From Candidatus Micrarchaeota archaeon (GTDB taxonomy: Archaea > Iainarchaeota > Iainarchaeia > Iainarchaeales > JAGVWC01): a stretch of DNA of 64,000 bases. Shown one piece after another: positions 27,447 to 36,118 of the stretch. The DNA is taken from assembly GCA_043803815.1 (NCBI GenBank), contig JAZDJR010000029.1, forward strand, positions 7,979-71,978, in the 5' to 3' direction. The notes beneath the pieces are model-generated. The model was not told the origin of the DNA. It saw only the letters and a program-made list of their open reading frames with translations, and made no database searches. Position 1 is the stretch's first letter. Each line of letters opens with the position of its first letter. Both the position numbers and the translations under genes were made by a program.

Positions 27447-28898
27447 TCAGATTGCCCCCGCTTTTTTCTTTGCAAACAAAAAAAGACCGTAGTAGGCCCC
27501 GAAGAAAAGCAATACAGATAATCCTGTTTGCTGGGTTTCGCCGTTAAAAATCGGGAACCGTTCAATTTGCGAGCTGGACGCGAACTCGTTGTCCCCTTGG
27601 AAAACGGCTTGAATGTTTCCCTTGGTTTCACTCGCGGGAACGCTTGCCTCGGCGATGCCGTTTTGGTTCGTTTCAAGCTCGATTTGCCGGATGGGTGTTT
27701 GCAAGAAAACGGTTTTGCTTGCTAACGGTTCTTGGTTTTCGTCCGTCAGTTTTAGGGTTGCTTGGATGTTTTCGTTTTGGTCAAAACTGTTCTTGTCCAG
27801 GGATAAATCCAAGAAAACCGGTTTTAGTTCAATTAATCCGCAGTCTTGGGTTTTTTCGTCAAAATCCGAGGTAATCATCAAAGTGCAGGGCGCAAGCTCT
27901 TGGACCGCAAAAATAAACTTTTTGGTTGAACCGTTTTGGTCGAACCCAATCCAATCGAGGCCCGCGGTGCGATTAATATCCTTTTGTGTCCGGGTAATGC
28001 TGATTATTCCGTTTGGTTCCGCGTTCAGGTCAAAGGCGGTTTGCGAATATTCAAACGTCCCGCCCCCAATTTCGATTTTTAAGCGGTTGATGGGTTGATT
28101 GGAATCGGTCTGGAAGAACGCTTGATAGTAGCCGTTTTTTGGCTCAAACTTGGCGTTCACAACAAGGTCTGGAACGATTGTTTTGGCTTGCAGGGTATCT
28201 TGGGCGAGTACCTGGTCTTCTTGGTTGTCCGTGTGATGGTAATCGCAGGTGTTCCAGCAATGCCAGTAACCGTCATAGTAAACGCAGTGCTGCTGAGTTT
28301 GAAAATGGTCGATTTGCAAGCGCGTGTGGACGCGCAGCTCGGCCTTGAACTCTGCGGTTAAGTCGTCCTCGTTTGGCAGGGAATAGGTTGTTTCGGGTTG
28401 GCTTCCGAGCGAGTTTTCGTTCAAGAGGATTCTTTTTTGGTTTTCAAGAATTGTGTAGGAGTAATTGGTTTGGCAGTCCTCTGGCATTGTTCCGCTTGGG
28501 ATTTGCAGGGAATAATTGCTTTGGAATAAGACTTTTCCAACGGGTGCGACGAACCATTGGTTGGTTTCTTGGTCGTAGAATCCTTTTTCGAATCCCGTTA
28601 TTTTGGCCCAAGCGTTTTGAATGATTCCTTGGGATTGGGTTTGCGTGGGCGGGTTTGTGAATTGCAGGTTTTTGTTCCAGTTGTAAGCAAAATTGAATGA
28701 AGCCAATTCGGACTGGTTTTCCAACAGGTTCAGGTACAAATCTTCTTTTTGCTGAACCGTCAAACTCGAATCCGTCAAAATGTTTTGGCAGTCTTGTAAT
28801 TGGTCGCCTTGGAAAGCGTTGCAGTTTGTTGGGAGTATGCTGGCGCTTATTCCTGTAAAAAAGAAAAAGGAAGCGAGAACAAGGAGGGTTGTTTTCAT
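27447..28898 (-). CDS. Secreted/surface protein with Ig-like domain and C-terminal TM anchor
   Basis: Signal peptide, TLKLTDENQEPL...ETNQNGIA Ig-like motif, C-terminal TM plus KKK. Confidence 0.75.
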   Translation of the reverse strand: MKTTLLVLASFFFFTGISASILPTNCNAFQGDQLQDCQNILTDSSLTVQQKEDLYLNLLENQSELASFNFAYNWNKNLQFTNPPTQTQSQGIIQNAWAKITGFEKGFYDQETNQWFVAPVGKVLFQSNYSLQIPSGTMPEDCQTNYSYTILENQKRILLNENSLGSQPETTYSLPNEDDLTAEFKAELRVHTRLQIDHFQTQQHCVYYDGYWHCWNTCDYHHTDNQEDQVLAQDTLQAKTIVPDLVVNAKFEPKNGYYQAFFQTDSNQPINRLKIEIGGGTFEYSQTAFDLNAEPNGIISITRTQKDINRTAGLDWIGFDQNGSTKKFIFAVQELAPCTLMITSDFDEKTQDCGLIELKPVFLDLSLDKNSFDQNENIQATLKLTDENQEPLASKTVFLQTPIRQIELETNQNGIAEASVPASETKGNIQAVFQGDNEFASSSQIERFPIFNGETQQTGLSVLLFFGAYYGLFLFAKKKAGAI

Positions 28899-28907
28899 GT
28901 TCTCGCC

Positions 28908-29207
28908 TCACGGTGCCGCCGGTGTCAAGAAGCTGACAACGAGGGGGGCTACCCAGACCATGACGAGCCCTGCGATACAGTAGGTTATCATGGATTTGGC
29001 TCCTTCGCGGGCCTGGATGTTGTCGCCTGATGTTGCCAAGCGGCCACCAGCATACGTCAAAGCAATCAATGCCACAAGGGTTACGATTGCCTTGATTAGG
29101 TCATAGATTTTGTTCAATGGCTCGGTTATCTCTTCCACGCCGGTTGCAAAAGCAAACGGGGAAACAGTCGCCAATGCCACGAGCAAAGCAAGGATTTTTT
29201 GTTTCAA
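28908..29207 (-). CDS. VirB2/TrbC-like pilin
   Basis: TTG start after GGAGGTGG RBS, signal peptide, two hydrophobic helices around SGDNIQAREGAK. Confidence 0.8.
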   Translation of the reverse strand: MKQKILALLVALATVSPFAFATGVEEITEPLNKIYDLIKAIVTLVALIALTYAGGRLATSGDNIQAREGAKSMITYCIAGLVMVWVAPLVVSFLTPAAP

Positions 29208-29391
29208 AATTGAACCACCTCCAAAAAAGTAGTTATAATTCGCCAATCGCAGTCCTTTAAAGCCGGCCAGTGAAAACATTAAGCAGAAACAAAAACAAAC
29301 CCCAAACTAACCATTGATTGGTTAGAAAAGACCGAAAATAACCCCAAACAGGCAAAAGGAGGGCGCTGTACTAACCAAGGCTCCCAAGGAA

Positions 29392-29955
29392 CTATAGTGT
29401 CTTTTCTGTGTCCTTGTTAGCTGGTTGTGCGTTTTTTATTTTTTTATAGAGTGTTTTGAATTCGTTGTAGTATTTGGGATTGGTTTTTTCTTCTTCGGTG
29501 GCATGTTTTAGAAATATTCCTTCATACCAATCAATTATTGCATCGTTGAAAAACTCCGTGTATTCTTCGTGAAGGTGTCCTCGGTTGATAAGGAATGCAA
29601 AGAATTCAATGCGGTTAAATAATCTCGAATCAAGTCGTCTGGCTTTTAATTGGGTTTTTCCATCAGCAGCGCCATTTGCTTCAAGGTCAAAGAGTTGCTG
29701 GCTTAGGTTGTCGATGTCGTCGGAGAATTTTGATATTGCTTGAATTTCGCTTATTTTTGCGTTTTGTTTTAGTTCGTATCCGCTAAAAAGGAGTGCAATA
29801 ATTGCGATGAAAATACTTATTTCAGTTAGTCCAAGCGTTAATCCGGTCAATCCGGGAATCATTCCGGTGTGTATTGCTGCAAGTATAGCGAGAATTAGGA
29901 TAATGGATAGTATCGGCCAGTTTTCTCTTATTTTTCTGCGTAACTGGAGTTTCAT
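29392..29955 (-). CDS. Membrane-anchored hypothetical protein (DUF4760-like)
   Basis: Two N-terminal TMs, LFNRIEFFAFLINRG, YNEFKTLY. Confidence 0.6.
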   Translation of the reverse strand: MKLQLRRKIRENWPILSIILILAILAAIHTGMIPGLTGLTLGLTEISIFIAIIALLFSGYELKQNAKISEIQAISKFSDDIDNLSQQLFDLEANGAADGKTQLKARRLDSRLFNRIEFFAFLINRGHLHEEYTEFFNDAIIDWYEGIFLKHATEEEKTNPKYYNEFKTLYKKIKNAQPANKDTEKTL

Positions 29956-30182
29956 TGTTTTTTCTCCAAATTAGCGGGCGGGGTTTCGATTGTTTTTTGG
30001 TTTTCAGCAATCGCTTGCCGGGACCGAAGCAATCCTTGACCGTTAAAGTTTTTGAGTTCAATTCCTTGTCGTGATGCTACTTGGGGTGCCGCGTTATGCG
30101 AATCGCCTATTGCCTCCCTGACATCGACGAATGGTTTTGCCACATATGCTTTTCCTACCTCTACTCTTTTTTCACCAGTCAT
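29952..30182 (-). CDS. Small hypothetical protein
   Basis: GGAGG RBS, ATGA overlap with the next gene. Confidence 0.6.
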   Translation of the reverse strand: MTGEKRVEVGKAYVAKPFVDVREAIGDSHNAAPQVASRQGIELKNFNGQGLLRSRQAIAENQKTIETPPANLEKKQ

Positions 30183-30323
30183 TTTTCTTCCTCCTATTAC
30201 TTTGCCTGCATAAACATCGTTTTTCTCTGTTTAACCCTTTTTGGAGGTTCATTTCCGCTTAAAACTCATTTAATCCACCGCTTTTCTCGTTTTTTCTTTA
30301 TTCGGCTGCGGCGTTTTGTCCAT

Positions 30324-30788
30324 TTAAACCCTTCCCCCTTTCGGGGGTCGGCTGGCGCTTAAAATGGCTCCTTTAATGAACTCATCCGTGTTTTCAATTT
30401 TGAATCCTCGCATTTTTTCTTTAATGCATCCACAAAAGATTAGCGCTTGTTTGTGAATAATTTCGATTGGTATGCGGTGAGGGGATTCCCGGTTAAACTG
30501 GTGTTGTTGCTTTTTGAATTCTTTATCTGACTTTCCGTTGTCAACGAATCGGTCCACATCAACACACTCAAATTTGAACCGGTTTGCCCATTCTAATCTA
30601 AGCACAAACTTTTCTTTGGTTTTTTTTGATTTGATTTCAGCAATCGCAAACCAACCCGTTTTGTTATATTTTGTTTTTCCATTTTTTCCTTTCAGGTCAA
30701 TAAAGAAATAGTTTGGGTTAATACAAAAAATTTCATATTCTAGCCACAGGCTGGAAATTTGGGTTGGTATTTTTTCAGGGTCGTCCAT
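30324..30788 (-). CDS. Hypothetical protein
   Basis: 154-aa AT-rich ORF. Confidence 0.6.
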   Translation of the reverse strand: MDDPEKIPTQISSLWLEYEIFCINPNYFFIDLKGKNGKTKYNKTGWFAIAEIKSKKTKEKFVLRLEWANRFKFECVDVDRFVDNGKSDKEFKKQQHQFNRESPHRIPIEIIHKQALIFCGCIKEKMRGFKIENTDEFIKGAILSASRPPKGGRV

Positions 30789-30926
30789 AAGTGCACGAAA
30801 TTATGCGTTGAAAGTTATTTAGGTTTACCTCTTTTATAAAAAACCGCCAAATATGCCCAAAAGATTCTTTAAACCTTTGTAGGCATTTTTTTAATAGATT
30901 ATTCCGCACAAGGGCGGGGTGGATTT

Positions 30927-31367
30927 ATGGGTAAATGTATTTTGTGTGATGGGCAAACAAATTGGGCGGGGGTTTGTGCATCCTGTGACTTGAATAATAA
31001 CTTGACTAAGCGGAAGGGGGATTTTTATGAATTTGTTTTCTCGGATAGGTCAAATAAAATTCCTGTTGAAGATAACCTTTCTATCGGAGAATTCATTCAT
31101 AAAAAAGGAAGAGAAAAAATTTTGGAGCTAATTAATGAGACTGCCATGGAAGAAAGTGGGTACTACAAGGGAGAAATGTGTCCTTTTACCCAGGTTGAAG
31201 TTGGTGGAACTCGGGCAGCAACTTTGGCTTTCACGGGGGCTTCACTGAATGAATTTGTTTGGACACATTCGAAATGCATGCAAGAATACTGCGCAATATG
31301 GGACAATGAAAATAAACAGTGCTCCATAAAAACAATTGCCCAACGGTTCATGAGTAAAGAAAAATAA
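30927..31367 (+). CDS. Cys-rich (Zn-binding) hypothetical protein
   Basis: CxxC-x7-CxxC N-terminus, CPF...CxxxxCAIW...C C-terminus; GGTGG RBS. Confidence 0.7.
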   Translation: MGKCILCDGQTNWAGVCASCDLNNNLTKRKGDFYEFVFSDRSNKIPVEDNLSIGEFIHKKGREKILELINETAMEESGYYKGEMCPFTQVEVGGTRAATLAFTGASLNEFVWTHSKCMQEYCAIWDNENKQCSIKTIAQRFMSKEK

Positions 31368-31397
31368 CCCAGCCGTGGTTTGTAGTTTCACAAGAAC

Positions 31398-32018
31398 CTA
31401 GTTTTTTTCCATTTCGCTTTCAACGAAGTGATAAAGTTCTTCCATAGTTTCGGGGATGGCATGCATCCAACCTTCTTCGGACGGTGTTTCTATTTCATAC
31501 ATTGTGTCGGGGAAGAGTTCGAATGAATGAACCGCAGTGTTCCTATTTTCATGTATTCTATCTAAAATATCTTTCTCTAATGGGGGGGTTATTCCCAATA
31601 AATCGACTTTTCTGATTAGTTTTTGGAGACTGATAGTTTTTCTTTTATTCAAAATGGCTTTTTCGTTGAGGTCTGCCACTTTTTTTATCTCAATGTCTTT
31701 TTCCCCAGCAACCTGAAATATGTTAAATTCTTTCAGTAGAAATGCTGACTTTAGCAGATATTCCAATGCGATTCCAGCAGCAATTTTGTATTTTTTTGAT
31801 TGGGCTATCATTTCTGCTTCAAATTCATCAGCAGAATATTTATATTGCCAATCCAACCACTTTCCTTCTTCATCTTCTAATTCTTGTTTGGCGTTTAAAA
31901 AGTCATCAAAAAAAATTTTAGCTTGGTTAAAAAATCTTCGCGCATATTCTTGGTGTAGTTCCTTTAATTCAGCAACAGTAACCGTCAAAAATTCTTCCGG
32001 TAATCGAATTTCAGGCAT
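31398..32018 (-). CDS. HEPN-like protein
   Basis: GIALEYLLKS ... HENRNTAVH (Rx4H). Confidence 0.65.
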   Translation of the reverse strand: MPEIRLPEEFLTVTVAELKELHQEYARRFFNQAKIFFDDFLNAKQELEDEEGKWLDWQYKYSADEFEAEMIAQSKKYKIAAGIALEYLLKSAFLLKEFNIFQVAGEKDIEIKKVADLNEKAILNKRKTISLQKLIRKVDLLGITPPLEKDILDRIHENRNTAVHSFELFPDTMYEIETPSEEGWMHAIPETMEELYHFVESEMEKN

Positions 32019-32059
32019 AATACAATTTTTTGTTGCCGCACATTTTTTAACCCATTTCA

Positions 32060-32207
32060 ACCTCCAGCGCTGACTCGTTTTTTCTTTCTGGCTCGGGTCT
32101 TGCCCGTTTAAACCCTTTCCCGTGGGTCGGCTTGTGCCTAAAGGGATTTAATACGTTCAAGCCCCGCGAGACGCCTTCAGAAAAAACTCGTTTTTCGCGC
32201 TGGAGGT
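32060..32207. repeat. 148-bp imperfect palindrome (mirror-image divergent promoters); half copy at about 30286-30352
   Basis: ACCTCCAGCGC/GCGCTGGAGGT, GTTTTTTCT/AGAAAAAAC, CTCG/CGAG, CCCTTT/AAAGGG nested pairs. Confidence 0.7.
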
Positions 32208-32215
32208 GATTAAAA

Positions 32216-32320
32216 ATGAGTTTCGAATTAATTGAACGTAAACGGGAGAACCCGTTTGGCGATGGTTTTACCTTCGACCAACTTCTTTCAAACATGAAAA
32301 AACAGGACGGTGGTCGCTAA
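32216..32320 (+). CDS. Micro-ORF, 34 aa (MSFELIERKRENPF...)
   Basis: Strong GGAGGTGA RBS; stop overlaps the next ATG. Confidence 0.55.
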   Translation: MSFELIERKRENPFGDGFTFDQLLSNMKKQDGGR

Positions 32321-32430
32321 TGATCTACTTTTCCGACAAACAAGTGGCTCGTGCCCTTGGAAAGGTCGTGACGGGCAAACGCCTAACCAGCTTAGACCAG
32401 GCTATTTTGGATTGGGAAGTGGAACAATGA
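32320..32430 (+). CDS. Micro-ORF, 36 aa (MIYFSDKQVARALGK...)
   Basis: TAATG and ATGA overlaps couple it to both neighbours. Confidence 0.55.
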   Translation: MIYFSDKQVARALGKVVTGKRLTSLDQAILDWEVEQ

Positions 32431-33290
32431 CCGCTACCCAAACCATTCAACAATACAAACCGGTAACGGCTGTTGACCTTGAAAAAAAGGTCGAAGAATA
32501 CATCAAACAGTTAGCCGAAGAAACCGGCGCGGTCCAGCAATCCGCATGGTTCAAAGAATACCTCGATACTATGGCGAAATTTTGGCGCTACTCCCTGAAC
32601 AACCAAATCCTTATCCACATCCAAAAACGCGATGCTACCCGCGTGGCCGGATTCCGAACCTGGAACGAAACAGGCCGTCGAATTAAGGCCGGTCAAAAAG
32701 CAATCAAAATCCTCGCGCCATTTACCAAAAAAGTGGTTCAAAAAGACGTGCAAACCGGCGAAGAAAAAGAGGTTGAATTCACTTACTTTTGTCCGGTAAG
32801 CGTTTTTGACGTTTCCCAAACCGAAGGGCGCGACCTGCCGCGCCTCGACATTGATATTGAGGGGAACAGCCACCAAGCCTTGTTGGAGAAACTCGTCGAA
32901 TTCTGCAAAACCCGCCAAATCGAAGTCGAGTTCAAACCGCTTGGCATAAACGGTCTGTACGGTTACAGTCAAGGCGGCAAAATCGTGGTTGGAACCAACC
33001 AAAGCCCCAACATGCAGGTTAATACTCTCGTTCACGAAATCGCGCATGAATTAATGCACTCCGAATCAACTGGTCAGCAGTTTACTAAGAACGAACAAGA
33101 GATTCAGGCCGAAAGCGTGGCTTATGTAGTATGTAAAGTTTTTGGGCTGGAGACAAAAAGCTCGATGTATATAACTCTTTACGAAAATGATTCTGATAAA
33201 ATTCAAGAACAACTAAAAGAAATCGCAGAAGTCACAAAAGTTATCCTTAAACATCTGGTTAATAGTAAAGAAAGCAATTTAAGCGCTTAA
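32427..33290 (+). CDS. ArdC-like ssDNA-binding antirestriction protein with zincin (HExxH) domain
   Basis: YSLNNQILI, VAGFRTW..GRRIKAGQKAIKILAP, VFDVSQTEG, TLVHEIAH, EIQAESVAY. Confidence 0.9.
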   Translation: MTATQTIQQYKPVTAVDLEKKVEEYIKQLAEETGAVQQSAWFKEYLDTMAKFWRYSLNNQILIHIQKRDATRVAGFRTWNETGRRIKAGQKAIKILAPFTKKVVQKDVQTGEEKEVEFTYFCPVSVFDVSQTEGRDLPRLDIDIEGNSHQALLEKLVEFCKTRQIEVEFKPLGINGLYGYSQGGKIVVGTNQSPNMQVNTLVHEIAHELMHSESTGQQFTKNEQEIQAESVAYVVCKVFGLETKSSMYITLYENDSDKIQEQLKEIAEVTKVILKHLVNSKESNLSA

Positions 33291-33304
33291 GCTATCCTTT
33301 TATC

Positions 33305-36043
33305 ATGGTTTTAAGTCCAAATGAAGTTAGAAGAAGAGCAATTGCGTTTGTTCATGAATGGAAAGATGAAACGCGGGAAAGGGCAGAAGCTCAGACTTTT
33401 TGGAATGAATTTTTTGATATTTTTGGAATTACCCGAAGAAGAGTTGCAACTTTTGAAAAACCAAGCGTTTCAATGCAGGGTGGAAAGGGTTTTATTGACC
33501 TGTTTTGGAAGGGTAAACTAGTTGTAGAACATAAATCGGCGGGACAAAATTTAGACAAAGCTTATTCGCAAGCGTTGGGTTATTTTAGCTCTCTTGAAGA
33601 ATCAGAGTTGCCGGAGTTTGTCATTGTAACGGACTTTAAAAAAATTCGACTTTATGATTTGGATGAGGATTCCCATGTTGAGTTTGAATTAGGTGATTTA
33701 CCTAAAAAAATTAACTTATTTGATTTTATACCTGAAAATCGGCGAGTTATTTATACGGTTGAGGACCCAGTCAACATAAAAGCCGCGGAATTAATGGGTC
33801 GACTGCATGATTCTTTAAAGAAAAATGGTTATCAAGGGCATGATTTGGAAATATTGTTAGTCCGATTAGTCTTTTGCCTTTTTGCGGATGATACTGGGAT
33901 TTTTGAAAAAGATAAATTTCATTTTTTAATTGATAAGAAAACAAATCCTGATGGAAGCGATACTGGCTCAAAGATTATTGAATTGTTTGACATTTTAAAC
34001 ACGTCCGAACTAGAAAGACAACAATCACTTGATGAAGATTTAGGGGTCTTTCCATACATTGATGGGAGTCTGTTTGAAGAACGCATTAAAATCCCATCAT
34101 TCAATAATGAAACAAGGAAAATACTGTTAGACTGTTGCTCATTCAATTGGGAGCTGGTTTCTCCTGCTATATTCGGGTCAATGTTTCAGTCAGTAATGGA
34201 CCAAGAAGAAAGACACAGTCTTGGGGCACATTATACTTCCGAAAAAAATATTTTGAAAACCATTAATGGTCTATTTTTAGAGAATTTGACCAAAGAATTT
34301 GAAAATCACAAAAAAAATAAGCAATATCTAAAGGAAATGCTTATACGAGTCGGTAAAATAAAAGTTTTAGACTCCGCCTGTGGGTGTGGAAACTTCCTGA
34401 TAATTGCATATCGCGAGCTAAGAAGACTTCAAATAAAAATTAGAAAACAACTTGTAAAACTTGAAGGGCGAGAAGGCCAGCAATTAATGAATATTAGCTT
34501 TGACGAAGACTTAAATGTTGATTCAATGTATGGCATTGAATTATTAGAATTTCCGGCAAGAATTGCACAGGTTGGTCTGTGGTTAATGGACCATTTAATC
34601 AATATGGAACTCTCAAAAGAATTTGGTCTTTATTACAAAAGACTTCCTTTAAGAAAGACAGCCAATGTTAAGATTGGAAATGCATTAAGATTGGATTGGC
34701 AAGACTTTGTCCGAAAAGAAGAACTCTCATACATTATTGGCAATCCCCCCTTCGTTTCAAAGCAGGACCGAGACACACCCCAACAGGAAGATATGGACCT
34801 AGTCTGCAAAAATATCGACAATTATGGGCTTTTGGATTATGTTTGCTGTTGGTATATAAAAGCCGCGGAATATATTCAAGGAACAAACATCGGTGTTGCA
34901 CTCGTTTCAACCAATTCAATAGCTCAAGGGGAACAAGCGGGCATCATTTGGTTTTATTTACTAAAACAAAAACAGATTAAAATAAATTTTGCACATCGGA
35001 CATTCAGATGGCATAATGATGCAAGAGGAAAAGCTCAAGTATTTGTAGTCATAATCGGATTTTCACTAAACGATGCTGAAGAAAAATTCTTATTCGAATA
35101 TGAAACTCCAAACTCTGAGCCAATACCCATCAAAGCTAAACACATAAATTCACAACTAATTGACTTTGACGACGTTTTCATTTTTAACAGAAATGAACCC
35201 CTTTGCAGTGTTCCAAAAATATCCTTCGGAAGTATGCCAAACGATGATGGAAACCTCTTATTTACTGCTGAAGAAATGAAAGAATTTATCAAGAAGGAAC
35301 CTGACGCAAAGAAGTTCATTAAGCCATTAATCAGTGCAAAGGAATTCTTGCATGGTGAACAACGATGGTGTTTGTGGCTAAAAGATGCCTCGCCATCGGA
35401 ACTAAACAGATTAACCTTCGTAAAAGAAAGAATTGAAAAAGTCAAGCAATATAGAAAGTCAAGTAAAAGAGAGGCAACGATAAAATTGGCCGAACAACCC
35501 GCCTTATTCGGTGAAATAAGACAACCCAATAGTGATTATATTTTTATTCCGTTGACGACGAGCGAAGGAAGGCACTACATTCCAATGGCATTTTTAACGA
35601 AAAACTACATAGTAAACAACACCTGCAGCATAATACCAAATGCAGAATTGTATCATTTTGGGATTTTAATGTCATCAATGCACATGGCCTGGGTTAGTGC
35701 TGTTTGTGGACGAATGAAAGGAGATTATCGTTATTCTAATAACTTAGTTTACAACAATTTTCCTTGGCCAAAGGAAATTACAACTGCACAAAAGCTACTA
35801 ATTTCTAGGCGCGCAAAAGAAGTTTTAACGGCAAGAGAAAGCTTCAAAGGTTCGACTCTTGCAGATCTTTACAATCCCTTGGCTATGCCAAAAAAACTTT
35901 TAGTGGCCCATAAAAAATTAGATTTAGCGGTCGAAAAATTGTATTCGAAAAAAAAGCTTAAGACTCAATTGGAAAAATTGACTGTTATTTTTGGCAAGTA
36001 TTTGGAATATGAAAAACCTCAGACAAAACTGACTATTTATTAA
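33305..36043 (+). CDS. MmeI-like type IIL restriction-modification enzyme
   Basis: ERAEAQTFW, FIDLFWKG..VEHKS, GAHYTS, LDSACGCGNFL, IIGNPPF, YNNFPWP, TLADLY. Confidence 0.93.
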   Translation: MVLSPNEVRRRAIAFVHEWKDETRERAEAQTFWNEFFDIFGITRRRVATFEKPSVSMQGGKGFIDLFWKGKLVVEHKSAGQNLDKAYSQALGYFSSLEESELPEFVIVTDFKKIRLYDLDEDSHVEFELGDLPKKINLFDFIPENRRVIYTVEDPVNIKAAELMGRLHDSLKKNGYQGHDLEILLVRLVFCLFADDTGIFEKDKFHFLIDKKTNPDGSDTGSKIIELFDILNTSELERQQSLDEDLGVFPYIDGSLFEERIKIPSFNNETRKILLDCCSFNWELVSPAIFGSMFQSVMDQEERHSLGAHYTSEKNILKTINGLFLENLTKEFENHKKNKQYLKEMLIRVGKIKVLDSACGCGNFLIIAYRELRRLQIKIRKQLVKLEGREGQQLMNISFDEDLNVDSMYGIELLEFPARIAQVGLWLMDHLINMELSKEFGLYYKRLPLRKTANVKIGNALRLDWQDFVRKEELSYIIGNPPFVSKQDRDTPQQEDMDLVCKNIDNYGLLDYVCCWYIKAAEYIQGTNIGVALVSTNSIAQGEQAGIIWFYLLKQKQIKINFAHRTFRWHNDARGKAQVFVVIIGFSLNDAEEKFLFEYETPNSEPIPIKAKHINSQLIDFDDVFIFNRNEPLCSVPKISFGSMPNDDGNLLFTAEEMKEFIKKEPDAKKFIKPLISAKEFLHGEQRWCLWLKDASPSELNRLTFVKERIEKVKQYRKSSKREATIKLAEQPALFGEIRQPNSDYIFIPLTTSEGRHYIPMAFLTKNYIVNNTCSIIPNAELYHFGILMSSMHMAWVSAVCGRMKGDYRYSNNLVYNNFPWPKEITTAQKLLISRRAKEVLTARESFKGSTLADLYNPLAMPKKLLVAHKKLDLAVEKLYSKKKLKTQLEKLTVIFGKYLEYEKPQTKLTIY

Positions 36044-36118
36044 AATTTTTAAAATAGTGCCGGTTTGGTGTTATCCGGTTCGCTTAACCTGGTTCAACTA
36101 TTTTTTTATTTCTTTAAT

